Source: Macrostomum hystrix | Lineage: Eukaryota > Animalia > Platyhelminthes | Direction of reading: 5' to 3' | Length of the DNA stretch: 64,000 nt | NCBI GenBank assembly: GCA_950097015.1 | Contig: CATNEN010000038.1 | Coordinates: 1,364,001 to 1,428,000, forward strand | In this document: positions 33,790 through 45,085 of the stretch, piece after piece | How the letters are laid out: every line of letters begins with the position of its first letter | How positions within the stretch are numbered: position 1 is the stretch's first letter | Notes under the pieces: model-generated | Told to the model about the DNA's origin: nothing | The model's input: only the letters and a program-made list of their open reading frames with translations | Database searches by the model: none | Translations under genes and position numbers: made by a program

Positions 33790-34295
33790 CCGAACCCCAA
33801 CGACCGAACCCCCACGAACCTACATTCATTACCAAACCTATACGAACCTACGTTCATGACCAAACCTCCACGAACCTACGAACCTAAGTTCACGAACAAA
33901 CCTCCACGAACCTAGGTTCACGACCAAACCTCCACGAACCAACATTCACGACCAAACCTCCACGAACCAACATTCACGACCAAACCTCCACGAACCTACA
34001 TTCATGGCCGAACCTCCACGAACCGACGTTCACGACCAAACCTCCACGAACCGACGTTCACGACCAAACCTCCACGAACCAACATTCACGACCAAACCTA
34101 TACGAACCTACGTTCATGACCAAACCTCCACGAACCAACATTCACGACCAAACCTATACGAACCTACGTTCGTCACCAAGCCTACACGAACCTACGTTCA
34201 TCACCAAACCTACACGAACCTACGTTCATGACCAAACCTGCACGAACCTACGTTCATCACTAAACCTACACGAACCTACGTAAGGTTCACGACCT
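33790..34295. repeat. Minisatellite, ~28-bp unit CACGACCAAACCTCCACGAACCTACGTT, ~18 copies
   Basis: Direct degenerate repeats. Confidence 0.9.
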
Positions 34296-34582
34296 AACCG
34301 TAGCTAACTTATGGTCGATTGAAATGACAACAGTACTAAAAAATTTCAGCTTACCTGAGCTTGTCCAAAGAATGCTTCGTGTGTTTCTTATTTCTCTCTC
34401 TATGAACTCATGTGCTTTTTGTAACTATCGGCTATGCCTACAGCAAAAAAGCAAAGCAATTTGAAAATAAATTTTAACCACCAGTAAATCAGAGACCAGA
34501 TATAAAATGAGTAGGCTGAAAGCTGTTACAATTATAATCCTCAGAAGGTAAACATTGAAAGCCATATAATACTCGTCGCCTT

Positions 34583-35400
34583 AACACCCTCTACACGTAT
34601 GACATGCTGGGCGTACTACAGTCCCGAAAAGTATTTTTTGACTCCAAAAATTTAATGGCACGCTCTACTTTTTAGAGTTCCAGTTTTTTACACCCCTGCA
34701 AGTCACGAATGGCAAGCCCTGTGTGCCATCTTGGATCAAATGCCTTGAATTTCATTTTTTAACTCTTATAGTGTACCGCTTTTTCCCTGTTTAGTGTGAG
34801 AATAGAAATAGAATGCTGGCAACAAGATAACTATAGATAGAGCGAGATGAGATATATTCAGCTGTCAGAAATTCACAATTTATGATTACATATCCAGTAA
34901 CATAAGGCAGTAACATCCATGCATTGCGCACCAACTGAACCAAAATATGAAAATCTGTGCTTCTGGTGCCACCTGTACGTCCTTCTACATGCACTGTAGG
35001 GCTGTAATGCCACGTCAAGGCGATCGACGCTTCCCATGCTTTTGTCGTATTGTAGCACTGAGTTAGGCTTCGCAAAAGTCTCGACCACGCCTCCTCGAAT
35101 GACTCGCCTCACTTCTGTGCTTCCAGCAACGCCGCGGGTGTCCAAAAGGTACACAGTTTTGCGACCGCTAGCCTTTCTGTCAACGAGTTTGACGGCAAGA
35201 ACACCACCCTGACGCATGTGAGAGTGACTCACAGGTTGCAGCGCCAGCACCTTTAGCTCATTGGGGATGCCTCGGTTGACCCTCATCGTTCCCGTCAGCA
35301 TGGTATTCGAACGTTCGAGCAGAAACGTAACTGAACTGGGCGAAGCGACGTGAACCAGCTGTCACAATAGATCCTGTAGCCCAAGTTCAGCTGAGCTCGA
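34583..35400 (-). mobile_element. Degenerate piggyBac transposase (PGBD/DDE_Tnp_1_7) remnant
   Basis: GTMRVNRGIP, V.LL.T, KPNSVLQYDKSMGSVDRLD, YS..RRT.RW..K motifs; upstream frame broken; TTAA followed by CACCC at ~34582 is a possible end. Confidence 0.75.
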
Positions 35401-37454
35401 CAACAATCTTCTCACTGAAAGTTAAATTCCGGCAATTCAGCTTATCTCCAAACATTTAGTTGTCCTGTTTGACAGCACATGACAGCACATGACAGCACAT
35501 GACAGCATGCACATGAAAGTTGCACGGAAATCCGCTGTAAGCCTCTGTGAGACAGAAAACCATTTTACAAAAATTCTAACGCTGTTTAATCTAACGCTGT
35601 TTAATCTAACGCTGTTTAGCAAGATTCTAATCCAGATTAGTAAGATTAGCAATCCAGATTGGCAGCATATATCCAAAAGCAGATTTTTTCAACACTTCAT
35701 GTTCACGGATAATCCAACATTTTCGATTTTCTTTAGCCTTGAAGTCTTCATTAATCTGTCGAAGTTTGGCATAAATTTTATAAATTGTACGCACGGAATG
35801 CATTGGGGCAACTTCTTGCATTGCCTTTTGTGCTCGTTGTACTCTAAGGTCACCTTTTTGCAAGAGCAGTTTCGGTCTAACAAAAAATTGATGCGCCAAT
35901 GGTAAAGACATCCAGGTGGACCAACTCGGCGCAAAAGTCTACGACGTGAGGCATTACGCAATTTGAAAAAAGTAAAAACGGTATCGAAATTTGCAAGGAG
36001 GTCATCCGGAGCTGGCGGGTTGACTATTCATTTAGGAAATATAAGAAATATAATAAAATTAAATATATTTGCGGCGAGTTGTAAAGTGCAAACACGTGGC
36101 GTGATAAGACGTGAATGTACATACCAGCACATACCCTCGTGGGCCAGGTAAAAGTTGTGTTTCTTGATTACAATTTATTAAAAGCAAGCAATATAGCAAA
36201 ACTGCCAAATTTTCAACAAATATGTCTTTACTATTAGTAGTATTGGATGGTATAGATGAAAAAGACTAGAGAATGCGAGAGAGTTTATTCATCTTATTGC
36301 GTCTCAATCGTCTCATGTGTGGAATTAATTTAATAAATCTTGAAAGCAGGACTCTACCTCGGGTCCTAAGTGAATTGCTTCGGTTAGCAACTGAGTGCAA
36401 CTGTAAATATTCACGCAAGACAAGTACTTAAAATTTCAAGTAGAAAAGATAGAGAGAGAGTCATAGTAGTTAAGGAAAGTAATCTCCTAATATTTAAACT
36501 GCTCCTACGGCCCAGCTTGAGAACTGTACTCATCCGCTGCACTCGGAGCCTAGCTGTCCTGTTTGCTTTAGGCCTCCCGTCAAACAGGGCTATATTGTTT
36601 GAAAAGCTTGCTGAGACAATTACTATTCCATCCTTACCAGCTGACTGTTCTATCTACTGCTCTGATCTATGACTGCTTTTGTAGAATAACGAATTTTGTG
36701 AGCACACTGATTGAACTGTCGATTAGCCCTCGATACATTAGCTGGGTTAATCCCAGTGTCACTACCTGTGTTACCTGATGTAGGCTATAAATTATGCAAC
36801 CTCTGCTCTTCAGCTGCTAAAGCACCAGAAGACCAATTTGCATAATTAATTAACTTGAATTTGAGTGCTTCCAAAACCAGCCTCGATGAGTACTAATGGA
36901 CTTTCAGACAACCAGCGCTAATTACAAAGGCTGCTTCTGAATCAGTCCCATTGATCCCAAAGTCTCGGACCTGCAGTGCCTCAAAACCAGGGGGCTAAGG
37001 GGGCTATGGTCCTACGGATCTCCACCATTTCCACATCCCACAAATAGCTTTACCCATCTACCTTTACTCAAGGTATGATAATGTTGTCGTGCTGCTAAAT
37101 ATTCTTTCAAAACCGTCAAATATAATTTGTATAATTTTTCTTCGACTGTACTTTTTGGTTGATTTGCCACTCCCACAATCTTAAAATTTTCAGTCTATGA
37201 AATCCAGAAAAAAAATAACTCGAATCATCTAATAGATTTCTATTCCAAATTATACTATAAAAAACACCTTTCGTCCAATATGAAAACGTAAACACGAAAG
37301 GAAGCTAAGAAGTTATAGGGGAGAAATTTTTGGGAGAAATAATGAAACTTAACAGTAGAAAGCCCATTTCAAATACCCACTGCCGACCTCACGATAGCTC
37401 CCAATCCAGATGACAGCGAAATCACAATGAGGAATTTAGCAGGAATCCAGGCCA

Positions 37455-37955
37455 CTTACTTACTTTTTACTTATTTTCAGGGGCCTGGGGCACTTGACGC
37501 ACAAGCGCAGGAACGGCATGCCCCCAGGCCGACGAACTAGGCGGGAGTCGCCCATCGCGCCATCTGGACCCCTGTACACAGGCACCTCACACACAGCAGC
37601 AAGCCAAGCGGGGAAGGGGCGGCAGCCAGAGTGCCTCTCACCCCAGGCCCGCACACGCACAGAGCAGATCAAACCAGGGGAGGACTTAGATGCCTGAAGG
37701 GTAGGGACGAGAGTACACATTGGTGCACACCCGCCCACCCCCCATACAACGCACAAACACAAACAAGCAGGCATGCAGAAGGGGTTAAGCTATTTTAAAT
37801 TAGCTTTGGTTGCACAGAATAAGGTGCATCTCCGCTAGTCACTACTTCGCAAACCTCCAACTAAGCCCCGAGATCGTGACTTGGAGGGAGGAACGAACCA
37901 GCGACCATTGGAAAGTGAGGCCGCGACATTAGCTGCTGACCCACTCACCCCCCCC
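37455..37955 (-). mobile_element. tRNA-derived SINE family B, second copy
   Basis: Colinear with 21010-21602. Confidence 0.75.
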
Positions 37956-37979
37956 TGGAATCCAGGCCCCAGCGCAGCC

Positions 37980-38846
37980 CTACATGTGTCCGTGAAGCCA
38001 GCTCTGGGCGTGAAGCTGCACCACGAAGGCTTCGGGGAAAGAGCCGATGCACTTCGCCTCCTCCGCTTCGGTCATACGGCCGAGGTCCTTGCACGCGTCC
38101 ACCTTGTTCCCGTACCAGGTGAACGGGTTAAAGTACTTTCCCATGTAGATCTTTGTATCTCTCGGCTTCTCCTTCATGTACTCCTTGAGCTCATCCATGA
38201 GCACATACGGTCCGGTGAGGTACTCCGGCCTCGATGCGGTCTTGCCGAGGTGTCGCAGGAGCATCACGCGGCTAATCAGGCGCATCCAGAACGGGTGGCC
38301 GGGTCGAGAGGCCATGAACGAGTTCTGCACGTAGGTGTGCAGCAGGGGGTCTCCATCGTTCAGGCCGTCCATGCCGCCGAACAGCAGTCCGGTGGAGTTG
38401 AGCAGGTGCTCAAAGTTCTTCACGCACACATTGTCGAGGTCGGTGTACACGCCTCCGAAGTGGAACATGTAGAAGTACCTGGCCAGGTCCGCCCTCTCCA
38501 CCGGCTTGCTGAAGCTGAGGTACACGGGCAGGAACCAGGGGTAGTGGTCCCGGACCAGAGCCAGGTTGTCCTCGTCGGTCCACAGTCGCCACTCCCAGTG
38601 CGGGAAGCAGGTCCGCCAGCTGGCGCTCCATCGCTCCGCTCGCTTCGTGGGCAGTCGGCGGCTCTTCCAGCTCTGGTGGATGATCGGCGTCAAGGAGTTG
38701 CTCGCCCGCATTTGCTCCAAACTGTTGGGCCACTCTCGGCTGAGGAATCCCTCGCGTGTGGCTAGCAGCCAAGCCATACACAGAAACCAGCCAAGGCAAA
38801 GCACAGCGGCTGCCGTGAGAGACGTGCCTGGAGTTACTCGCCTCAT
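37980..38846 (-). CDS. Family-32 DxD glycosyltransferase (SUR1/CSH1 mannosyltransferase-like), type II membrane protein, intronless (288 aa)
   Basis: N-terminal TM segment; PIIHQSWK, WEWRLWTDED, HYPWFLPVY, VERADLARYFYMFHFGGVYTDLD, NSFMASRPGHPFW, TGP, H..SW motifs. Confidence 0.9.
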   Translation of the reverse strand: MRRVTPGTSLTAAAVLCLGWFLCMAWLLATREGFLSREWPNSLEQMRASNSLTPIIHQSWKSRRLPTKRAERWSASWRTCFPHWEWRLWTDEDNLALVRDHYPWFLPVYLSFSKPVERADLARYFYMFHFGGVYTDLDNVCVKNFEHLLNSTGLLFGGMDGLNDGDPLLHTYVQNSFMASRPGHPFWMRLISRVMLLRHLGKTASRPEYLTGPYVLMDELKEYMKEKPRDTKIYMGKYFNPFTWYGNKVDACKDLGRMTEAEEAKCIGSFPEAFVVQLHAQSWLHGHM

Positions 38847-39102
38847 CGCCAATGCTCTGCCGAGCGAGAGCTCTTCTGTTTCTGCTCCGGGTGTGGCTTT
38901 TCAGGCCTACGTCTGAGCTAATCTGCAACTCTCCATCTGCTGTTAAACGCTCGTGACGCTGCCTTAAAACAATGTGTCGCCTGAGGCAATGCCAGCGCTA
39001 ATATAACACTAAACTCCTCATCATAAACTTAGCCCCGGGCGAGACAATTGACAAAAGCCCGACTACCAGGCTATGCAATCCAATCAATTGGCATGGTCTG
39101 AC

Positions 39103-39886
39103 AGTAGTATGGGTTAGCAGAACCCTGCCGACACTGCGGAGATAGGAGGGCGGCCTAATGCATTTGAATGGGGGAGGGGTTGCCTATCCCAGAGCAGAGG
39201 ACACAGCCGACACTATGGAGATAGGAGGACATCGTAATGCATGTAGATAGTAGAGGCCGGCTATCTCTTTGCATTGGTGAGGGGTTAACACAGCTGGGAT
39301 AGGAGGAGGGGCCGGCCTATCTCTTTGCATTGGGGAGGGGTTAACACAGCTGGGATAGGAGGAGAGGCCGGCCTATCTCTTTGCATTGGGGAGGGGTTAA
39401 CACAGCTGGGATAGGAGAGGCCGGCCTATCTCTTTGCATTGGGGAGGGGTTAACACAGCTGGGATAGGAGGAGAGGCCGGCCTATCTCTTTGCATTGGGG
39501 AGGGGTTAACACAGCTGGGATAGGAGAGGCCGGGAGGTGTTGGGTTAGAGTTGGAGATAAGGGACGCAGAAAACATAGATTGAAAAAATTATCTATGGGG
39601 AGGGATAGAAAGGAAGTGATTGAGTGATAAAAACTAGATAGGAGGCGTAAAAGAATGTTTGAGATTGCTGCGCCTATCTGTTTGCGCTAGGGAAGGCTAA
39701 CACTGCAGAGTTGGGAGGCTCGGGAAAGAAATTGCGTAAAAAATGCAGTGAGTAATTCTTCAGTACAAGAGTGTTAAAGGCTAGGGCAATGAGCATTCAG
39801 CATTTGTATGGGGGTGTGGGGGGCAAAGCCCCCCACAATTAATAACTCTGCCTTTGCAGCCCATCTCTTTGCACTGGGTACAGCTA
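39103..39886 (+). repeat. Left TIR of the Polinton (contains 5 copies of a ~55-bp subrepeat)
   Basis: Reverse complement of 44045-44718. Confidence 0.93.
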
Positions 39887-40842
39887 GCACAGCAGAGATT
39901 GGTGGAGAGGCTGGCCAATCTCTTTGTCCACTTGAGAGCACCCCACTCCGCGTCGAGTTCGCCGCACAGCTACTGAAAAGGACGTTATCTATAAAAACAA
40001 GATAGCTAATAAAATCTGTAGATAGCAACTAAAATATTGTACAAAAAATTAAAATAAGCGCATTAAAGTGTAATGATAAACGTTGTTTATAAACACAGCT
40101 CAAGTAACTTTATGCTTATGCTGGAGCGGCGGATAAGCTTTGATCTATGGCTTGTTTTGGAAACTAACGGGCCAGTTGGGTGCTAGGTTTACTTGTTTAC
40201 TACTATCGGCACGATACATTTTTTTCTATTATGGTGTTGAGGGATGGAGAAAACAAAATATGGTAGTAAATTATATATTATATTACAACCACTGAAAATG
40301 TGGGTATATTCGGGACGGATAATCGAGGTCAGTGATTGTTCGACTTTCGTGCTCACATGGTCACCTTACGTATAATCTGAGCAATCGTCTTTCAAAAATT
40401 TGATGCAAGACATTATTATATCGTGGGGTTTGGTGTCCAATCCTACTTACCTACAGATCTAGTCTAGTGCCTACCTGTTTACCTGTTTGCAATTGGTCCG
40501 CCTGCCCTGCTTAATTGGAAGGTGACCCTCCCAATCGCTTTATTGAGGCCAGTCTGATAATTTGGGGTTCGAGATCGAGTAGGGCTCTGGATTGTTGTGG
40601 GGTTGATAGCTGTGCTGGCGCACTGGTGCGCAGGCACTGTTGTTGTTGTTAAGTTGGCTCGCAATAGGTATGCTGCACAACAAAAATTCATATAAGTAGC
40701 CATAAATGGCGGCCGCGGGGAGTTTAAAACGAGTATATTAAGGAGGCGAAATAAAAAATTAGGCATATTTTCTATCCACACAATCCGTTTCTTGCTTAAG
40801 ACAACTAAAAATAGTTCCGCATTTTCATTTTAACTCGCTATC

Positions 40843-41787
40843 ATGACAACAAAAAAGATATTTTCAAGCTGCGACAATGAGCTTTTTGAAATTTGTTTGA
40901 CTTGCGAAGTCTGCCAGCTCGGAGGCATTCCACCTCGACACCATGAGAATCCTCTGTGCCGCGTTTCCTGCTGGCTAGCATGCGACGAGTGGAGCAACGT
41001 GGAGAGAATTGCAAGCGGCAGAGTTCCAAGCTACCACCGCGGCCACACCATCGTGAGCTCCGATAAAAAGAAGCAGGAGGCCAACAGGTGGAGGATTATT
41101 CGGGCTGCTAAAAGGCAGTTGCAAAGAGAGCAGCTTGAGGTGAAGAAGAAAAGTCAGCAACAGAAGCAGCAGCAGCCGAAGTCGAGTAGTCTCCCCTCGG
41201 CACACCTCAGCCAAGTTATTGACTGCACACTTGAGAGGAGGAGGGCGGACAGCGAGCCTCCAGCAGCTGCAGCGGCTGCCTTTTCTTCACCATTGGAGGT
41301 GGCAACTGCAACTGCCATCAGCACCTCGAGCTCGGTTGCTCCAGCATGCATCTCGGCTGCTTCAGTGGAACCCTGTGTAGATAATCCATGTCTGGATGTC
41401 AGCTTTGGAGTTCTCGAGCGTGTTCTCGCAGAAGCTGGGATAATGGAGCCAGATCAACAGGCCCAGCCCCTGGAAGCCAGCAAGGAGATTGCCTGTAAGC
41501 AGCTACATCTGTGGCAGGCGATTGTGGAAGAGGACAGCGAGGAGATGCTGGAGGAAGGCGGCGATGAGATGGAGCCTGGGGAAGCCACTTTGGCTGCTTC
41601 TGGTGGCGCTGCCTCTGGTGGCGCTGCCTCTGCTAGAGCTGCTTCTGGTGCCGCCGGTTCTTCTGAAGCTGCCTCTGCTGGCGCTGCCTCTGCTGGAGCT
41701 GCTTCTGCAGGAGCTACATCTGCTGACGCTGCTGAAAGGGCCCTGGCCACCACAGTGTACACTTCCTCGCTCCAGTTGGCATTGTAG
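40843..41787 (+). CDS. Polinton-borne ORF: N-terminal Cys/His-rich region, coiled coil and Ala/Ser-rich low-complexity tail; probably truncated
   Basis: 314-aa ATG ORF inside the TIRs; CxxCxxC..H..C...C...C pattern; overlaps the integrase 3' end in antisense. Confidence 0.5.
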   Translation: MTTKKIFSSCDNELFEICLTCEVCQLGGIPPRHHENPLCRVSCWLACDEWSNVERIASGRVPSYHRGHTIVSSDKKKQEANRWRIIRAAKRQLQREQLEVKKKSQQQKQQQPKSSSLPSAHLSQVIDCTLERRRADSEPPAAAAAAFSSPLEVATATAISTSSSVAPACISAASVEPCVDNPCLDVSFGVLERVLAEAGIMEPDQQAQPLEASKEIACKQLHLWQAIVEEDSEEMLEEGGDEMEPGEATLAASGGAASGGAASARAASGAAGSSEAASAGAASAGAASAGATSADAAERALATTVYTSSLQLAL

Positions 41788-42578
41788 CCCTTTCGGAACA
41801 CCCTGGGTGCATTGGAAATCCTCACTAACTGATTGTCGCAGAATTTCGGCTTCTTCAGCTTCTCTATTGTCTCAATTGCTTTCCCATCGTACAGGTTCAT
41901 CCAGACCTCAGATTCATTCTCTTTGCAGACGCTTGTTGGCGCCATTTTTATGCTTCTATGGTAAGTGCTGTTGTAGGACTTCACTAGCTTGGGCAGCACG
42001 TCAACCCAGTGCAGGGTGCTTTTGTACGTGAAATACCGCCACATTTTGCTCTTCAGAGTTCTGTTCCATCGCTCAATGATGGCTGCTTTCTGCTCACTAT
42101 TGGTTGGGAAAGCCAGAATCCCCCGCTCTATGCAGAATTGGCGAAAAGTAGTGTTGAGAAACTCTTTCCCCTGATCTGTGCGGACTGTGCGAGGCTGGCG
42201 TTTTGAGTATTTCAGAATGCTCTCGAATGCGGACTGCACTTCTGCAGCTGATTTATTTTTCAATGGCCTGGCCCATGCACATTTGGACAGCACATAAATG
42301 CATGTGAGAATGTACTTGTAGCCATTATTGTACTTTGCGAATGGAATCATCTCAACCAAGTCAAGCTCCCATTGATCGTCAATGGATCGCACTATGATTG
42401 GTGCTCTTGGGTATCGCCTTCTAGCTGGCTTGTGTAATGTGTGCACTGGCTGCTCACACAGCCACTGCTCAATGCTCTTAGTGGTCTCACGACCACCTCT
42501 TTCTCTCACTTCATGCTGCAATTTTGAGGCACTGGAAAAGCTGGCTGGTTGAGCAGGGTTAAAGTAAATTTTCTCCAT
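41740..42578 (-). pseudogene. Polinton retroviral-like (c-)integrase, C-terminally truncated
   Basis: YFNPAQPASFSS, HTLHKP, QWELDL (D), TDQGKEF (D), IERWNRTLK (E), YNSTYHRSIKMAP, FRKGYNANWSEEVY; homology stops at ~41740 and the ORF reads on to 41454 through unrelated sequence. Confidence 0.88.
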
Positions 42579-42835
42579 GAGCAGTTTAGAACGAAGCAAG
42601 GCTTGCTTTCTCTAGCATGAGCAATTCATTTTCTTAGGTTTTTTGTAATTCACTGTAACAGAAAATCGACCGGCGTCGAAAAACAACCAGCACCATAAAA
42701 ATGCAGAAGCAATTGTGAACACTGAATAAATGGGGAAAAACATTAAGTAGCTGGCTTTTAACACTGTCAAAATTACAAATTGAGCAGCTGATTTGAGCAC
42801 AAAAGCAGTCAGACGCATTAGAGCACACTGTTCAG

Positions 42836-43573
42836 TCACTCATCGAAGTGCAGCCTGGTAAGCTTCATTGCCTCCTGCCGACGAAGTGGAAACGGCTGTT
42901 TGCGCTTCCTGCTACCGCTGGCCGCCGCAGCCGCAGCCGCCCGGAACTGGTACCACACCGGGTCCTCCCGCAAGTCCGAGTCCCGAGACGGGATCCGTCC
43001 ATCCCCAGCGCTAGCCAGGGGAAGCGGCGTGGATGTGGCAGCCTCGGTGTCGATCTGCAGCATTCTAGGCGAGCCGATCTCGTCTCCGTCTCCACCATTG
43101 CCTTCAGATCTCTCGGCCTCCAGGACGGGCTTCGTGTCCTGCTCTTCCTCATCTGACTCCAGCTCGTACTTCGTCCGCATGTCCTTGAAGGGAGCCGACA
43201 GCTGGCCGTCTATCCATGATGCGTTGTGCCACAGCTTCTTCCACAGCGGTGGGGTCAGCGGTACGGCGTTACGCTTCATGAATTCCCCGCAGCAGTCCTC
43301 AGGCAGCCGCTTGAGCCAGATGATGCCGCCCCTGACTTCGATAAACTTATCAAAGCCTAGTTTCACCACCTTGCACTCGCTTTTGAGAGCAGACACTACG
43401 AGCGACCGCTTCAGTTGCTTCAGCTTTTCCCATTGGCAAACATTCAGGTTGAAGCCAGGGACGCCAGGTTTCAGACTTGCAGTGCTGCCGTGGCGGTAGA
43501 ACTTTCTTATCGCTATGTACTTCAAGCCTTCGTAATCTTGAACCTGAATCTTATAACCGTCGCAGATGTCCAT
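42836..43573 (-). CDS. PC4/p15-like ssDNA-binding protein with acidic tail and NLS (Polinton cargo)
   Basis: IQVQDYEGLKYIAIRKFY...LKPG..GFNLNVCQWEKLK matches the PC4 motif; a second degenerate repeat ends VPLTPPLWKKL; RKRK near the C-terminus. Confidence 0.65.
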   Translation of the reverse strand: MDICDGYKIQVQDYEGLKYIAIRKFYRHGSTASLKPGVPGFNLNVCQWEKLKQLKRSLVVSALKSECKVVKLGFDKFIEVRGGIIWLKRLPEDCCGEFMKRNAVPLTPPLWKKLWHNASWIDGQLSAPFKDMRTKYELESDEEEQDTKPVLEAERSEGNGGDGDEIGSPRMLQIDTEAATSTPLPLASAGDGRIPSRDSDLREDPVWYQFRAAAAAAASGSRKRKQPFPLRRQEAMKLTRLHFDE

Positions 43574-44044
43574 CGCTAGCTAATGTCAAAAGCTAAGATC
43601 AGGTAAATTACGAGCTGAGAAAACTTGCTCCTTTCCTAACGATTTTTGAGGGCTTATATACCATCCAAAATGTGTGCTCGATTCTGATTGGCTAGAGTTG
43701 GGGTGGGTGTTTGTCCTGTGATGGAGCTCAGACTAGATATGTAGGTAAGTAGGATTGGACGCCACACCCCACACTCACCCCAATGCTTTCCTCCTATCTC
43801 ATTCCTCCTCTGTTCTGAGTTTGTCGGCGCCCCTCCAAACTCCAAAATACACTGCCGGACTAGCCTCCTATCTCCGCAGTGTCGTCAGGGTTCTTCTATA
43901 GCAGATAGGCCGGCATCCCATCAGTTCATCCCTGTACTGTGACACAGGCACCCACCCACCCCATGCCTCCCCACCCTCCAGTATCGGATTGGACGCCACA
44001 CCCACCCCACCCCAATGCTTTCTTCCTATCTTCTTCTTCCTCCT

Positions 44045-44718
44045 CTAGCTGTACCCAGTGCAAAGAGATAGGCTGCAAAGGCAGAGTTATTAATTGTGGG
44101 GGGCTTTGCCCCCCACACCCCCATACAAATGCTGAATGCTCATTGCCCTAGCCTTTAACACTCTTGTACTGAAGAATTACTCACTGCATTTTTTACGCAA
44201 TTTCTTTCCCGAGCCTCCCAACTCTGCAGTGTTAGCCTTCCCTAGCGCAAACAGATAGGCGCAGCAATCTCAAACATTCTTTTACGCCTCTTATCTAGTT
44301 TTTATCACTCAATCACTTCCTTTCTATCCCTCCCCATAGATAATTTTTTCAATCTGTTTTCTGCGTCCCTTATCTCCAACTCTAACCCAACACATCCCGG
44401 CCTCTCCTATCCCAGCTGTGTTAACCCCTCCCCAATGCAAAGAGATAGGCCGGCCTCTCCTCCTATCCCAGCTGTGTTAACCCCTCCCCAATGCAAAGAG
44501 ATAGGCCGGCCTCTCCTCCTATCCCAGCTGTGTTAACCCCTCCCCAATGCAAAGAGATAGCCGGCCTCTACTATCTACATGCATTACGATGTCCTCCTAT
44601 CTCCATAGTGTCGGCTGTGTCCTCTGCTCTGGGATAGGCAACCCCTCCCCTATTCAAATGCATTAGGCCGCCCTCCTATCTCCGCAGTGTCGGCAGGGTT
44701 CTGCTAACCCATACTACT
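44045..44718 (-). repeat. Right TIR of the Polinton (3 copies of the ~55-bp subrepeat)
   Basis: Reverse complement of 39103-39886. Confidence 0.93.
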
Positions 44719-44814
44719 TCTGACAATGTACGCAAGCGAAACCTGTAGCTAGTGTAGGACTGTGTTTATGTACGAGTACTATATGCACTGACCTACACAC
44801 ACACTCCTTCTCTT

Positions 44815-45085
44815 AATCCGTCTGTCTCACTCTCTGACTTCCGTCTGTCTCACTCTCTGACTTCCATCTCTCACTGTCTGACTTCCGTCTGTCTCACTCT
44901 CTGACTTCCATCTGTCTCACTGTCTGACTTCCGTCTGTCTCACTCTCTGACTTCCATCTGTCTCACTGTCTGACTTCCGTCTGTCTCACTCTCTGACTTC
45001 CGTCTGTCTCACTCTCTGACTTCCATCTGTCTCACTCTCTGACTTCCATCTGTCTCACTGTCTGACTTCCGTCTGTCTGACTTCT
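44815..45085. repeat. Minisatellite, 23-bp unit CTTCCGTCTGTCTCACTCTCTGA, ~11 copies
   Basis: Direct repeats. Confidence 0.9.

Larger units (their letters stand above)
39103..44718. mobile_element. Polinton/Maverick deletion derivative (5.6 kb)
   Basis: Termini AGTAGT...ACTACT; long TIRs; perfect 6-bp TSD TCTGAC (39097-39102, 44719-44724); internal c-integrase gene. Confidence 0.93.

Noticed and set aside
36090-36155. Second piggyBac TIR
   Set aside because: Only patchy similarity to 34583-34620 and no TTAA; cannot be supported
37881-38765. 294-aa plus-strand ORF
   Set aside because: Antisense shadow of the GC-rich GT32 gene with no motifs
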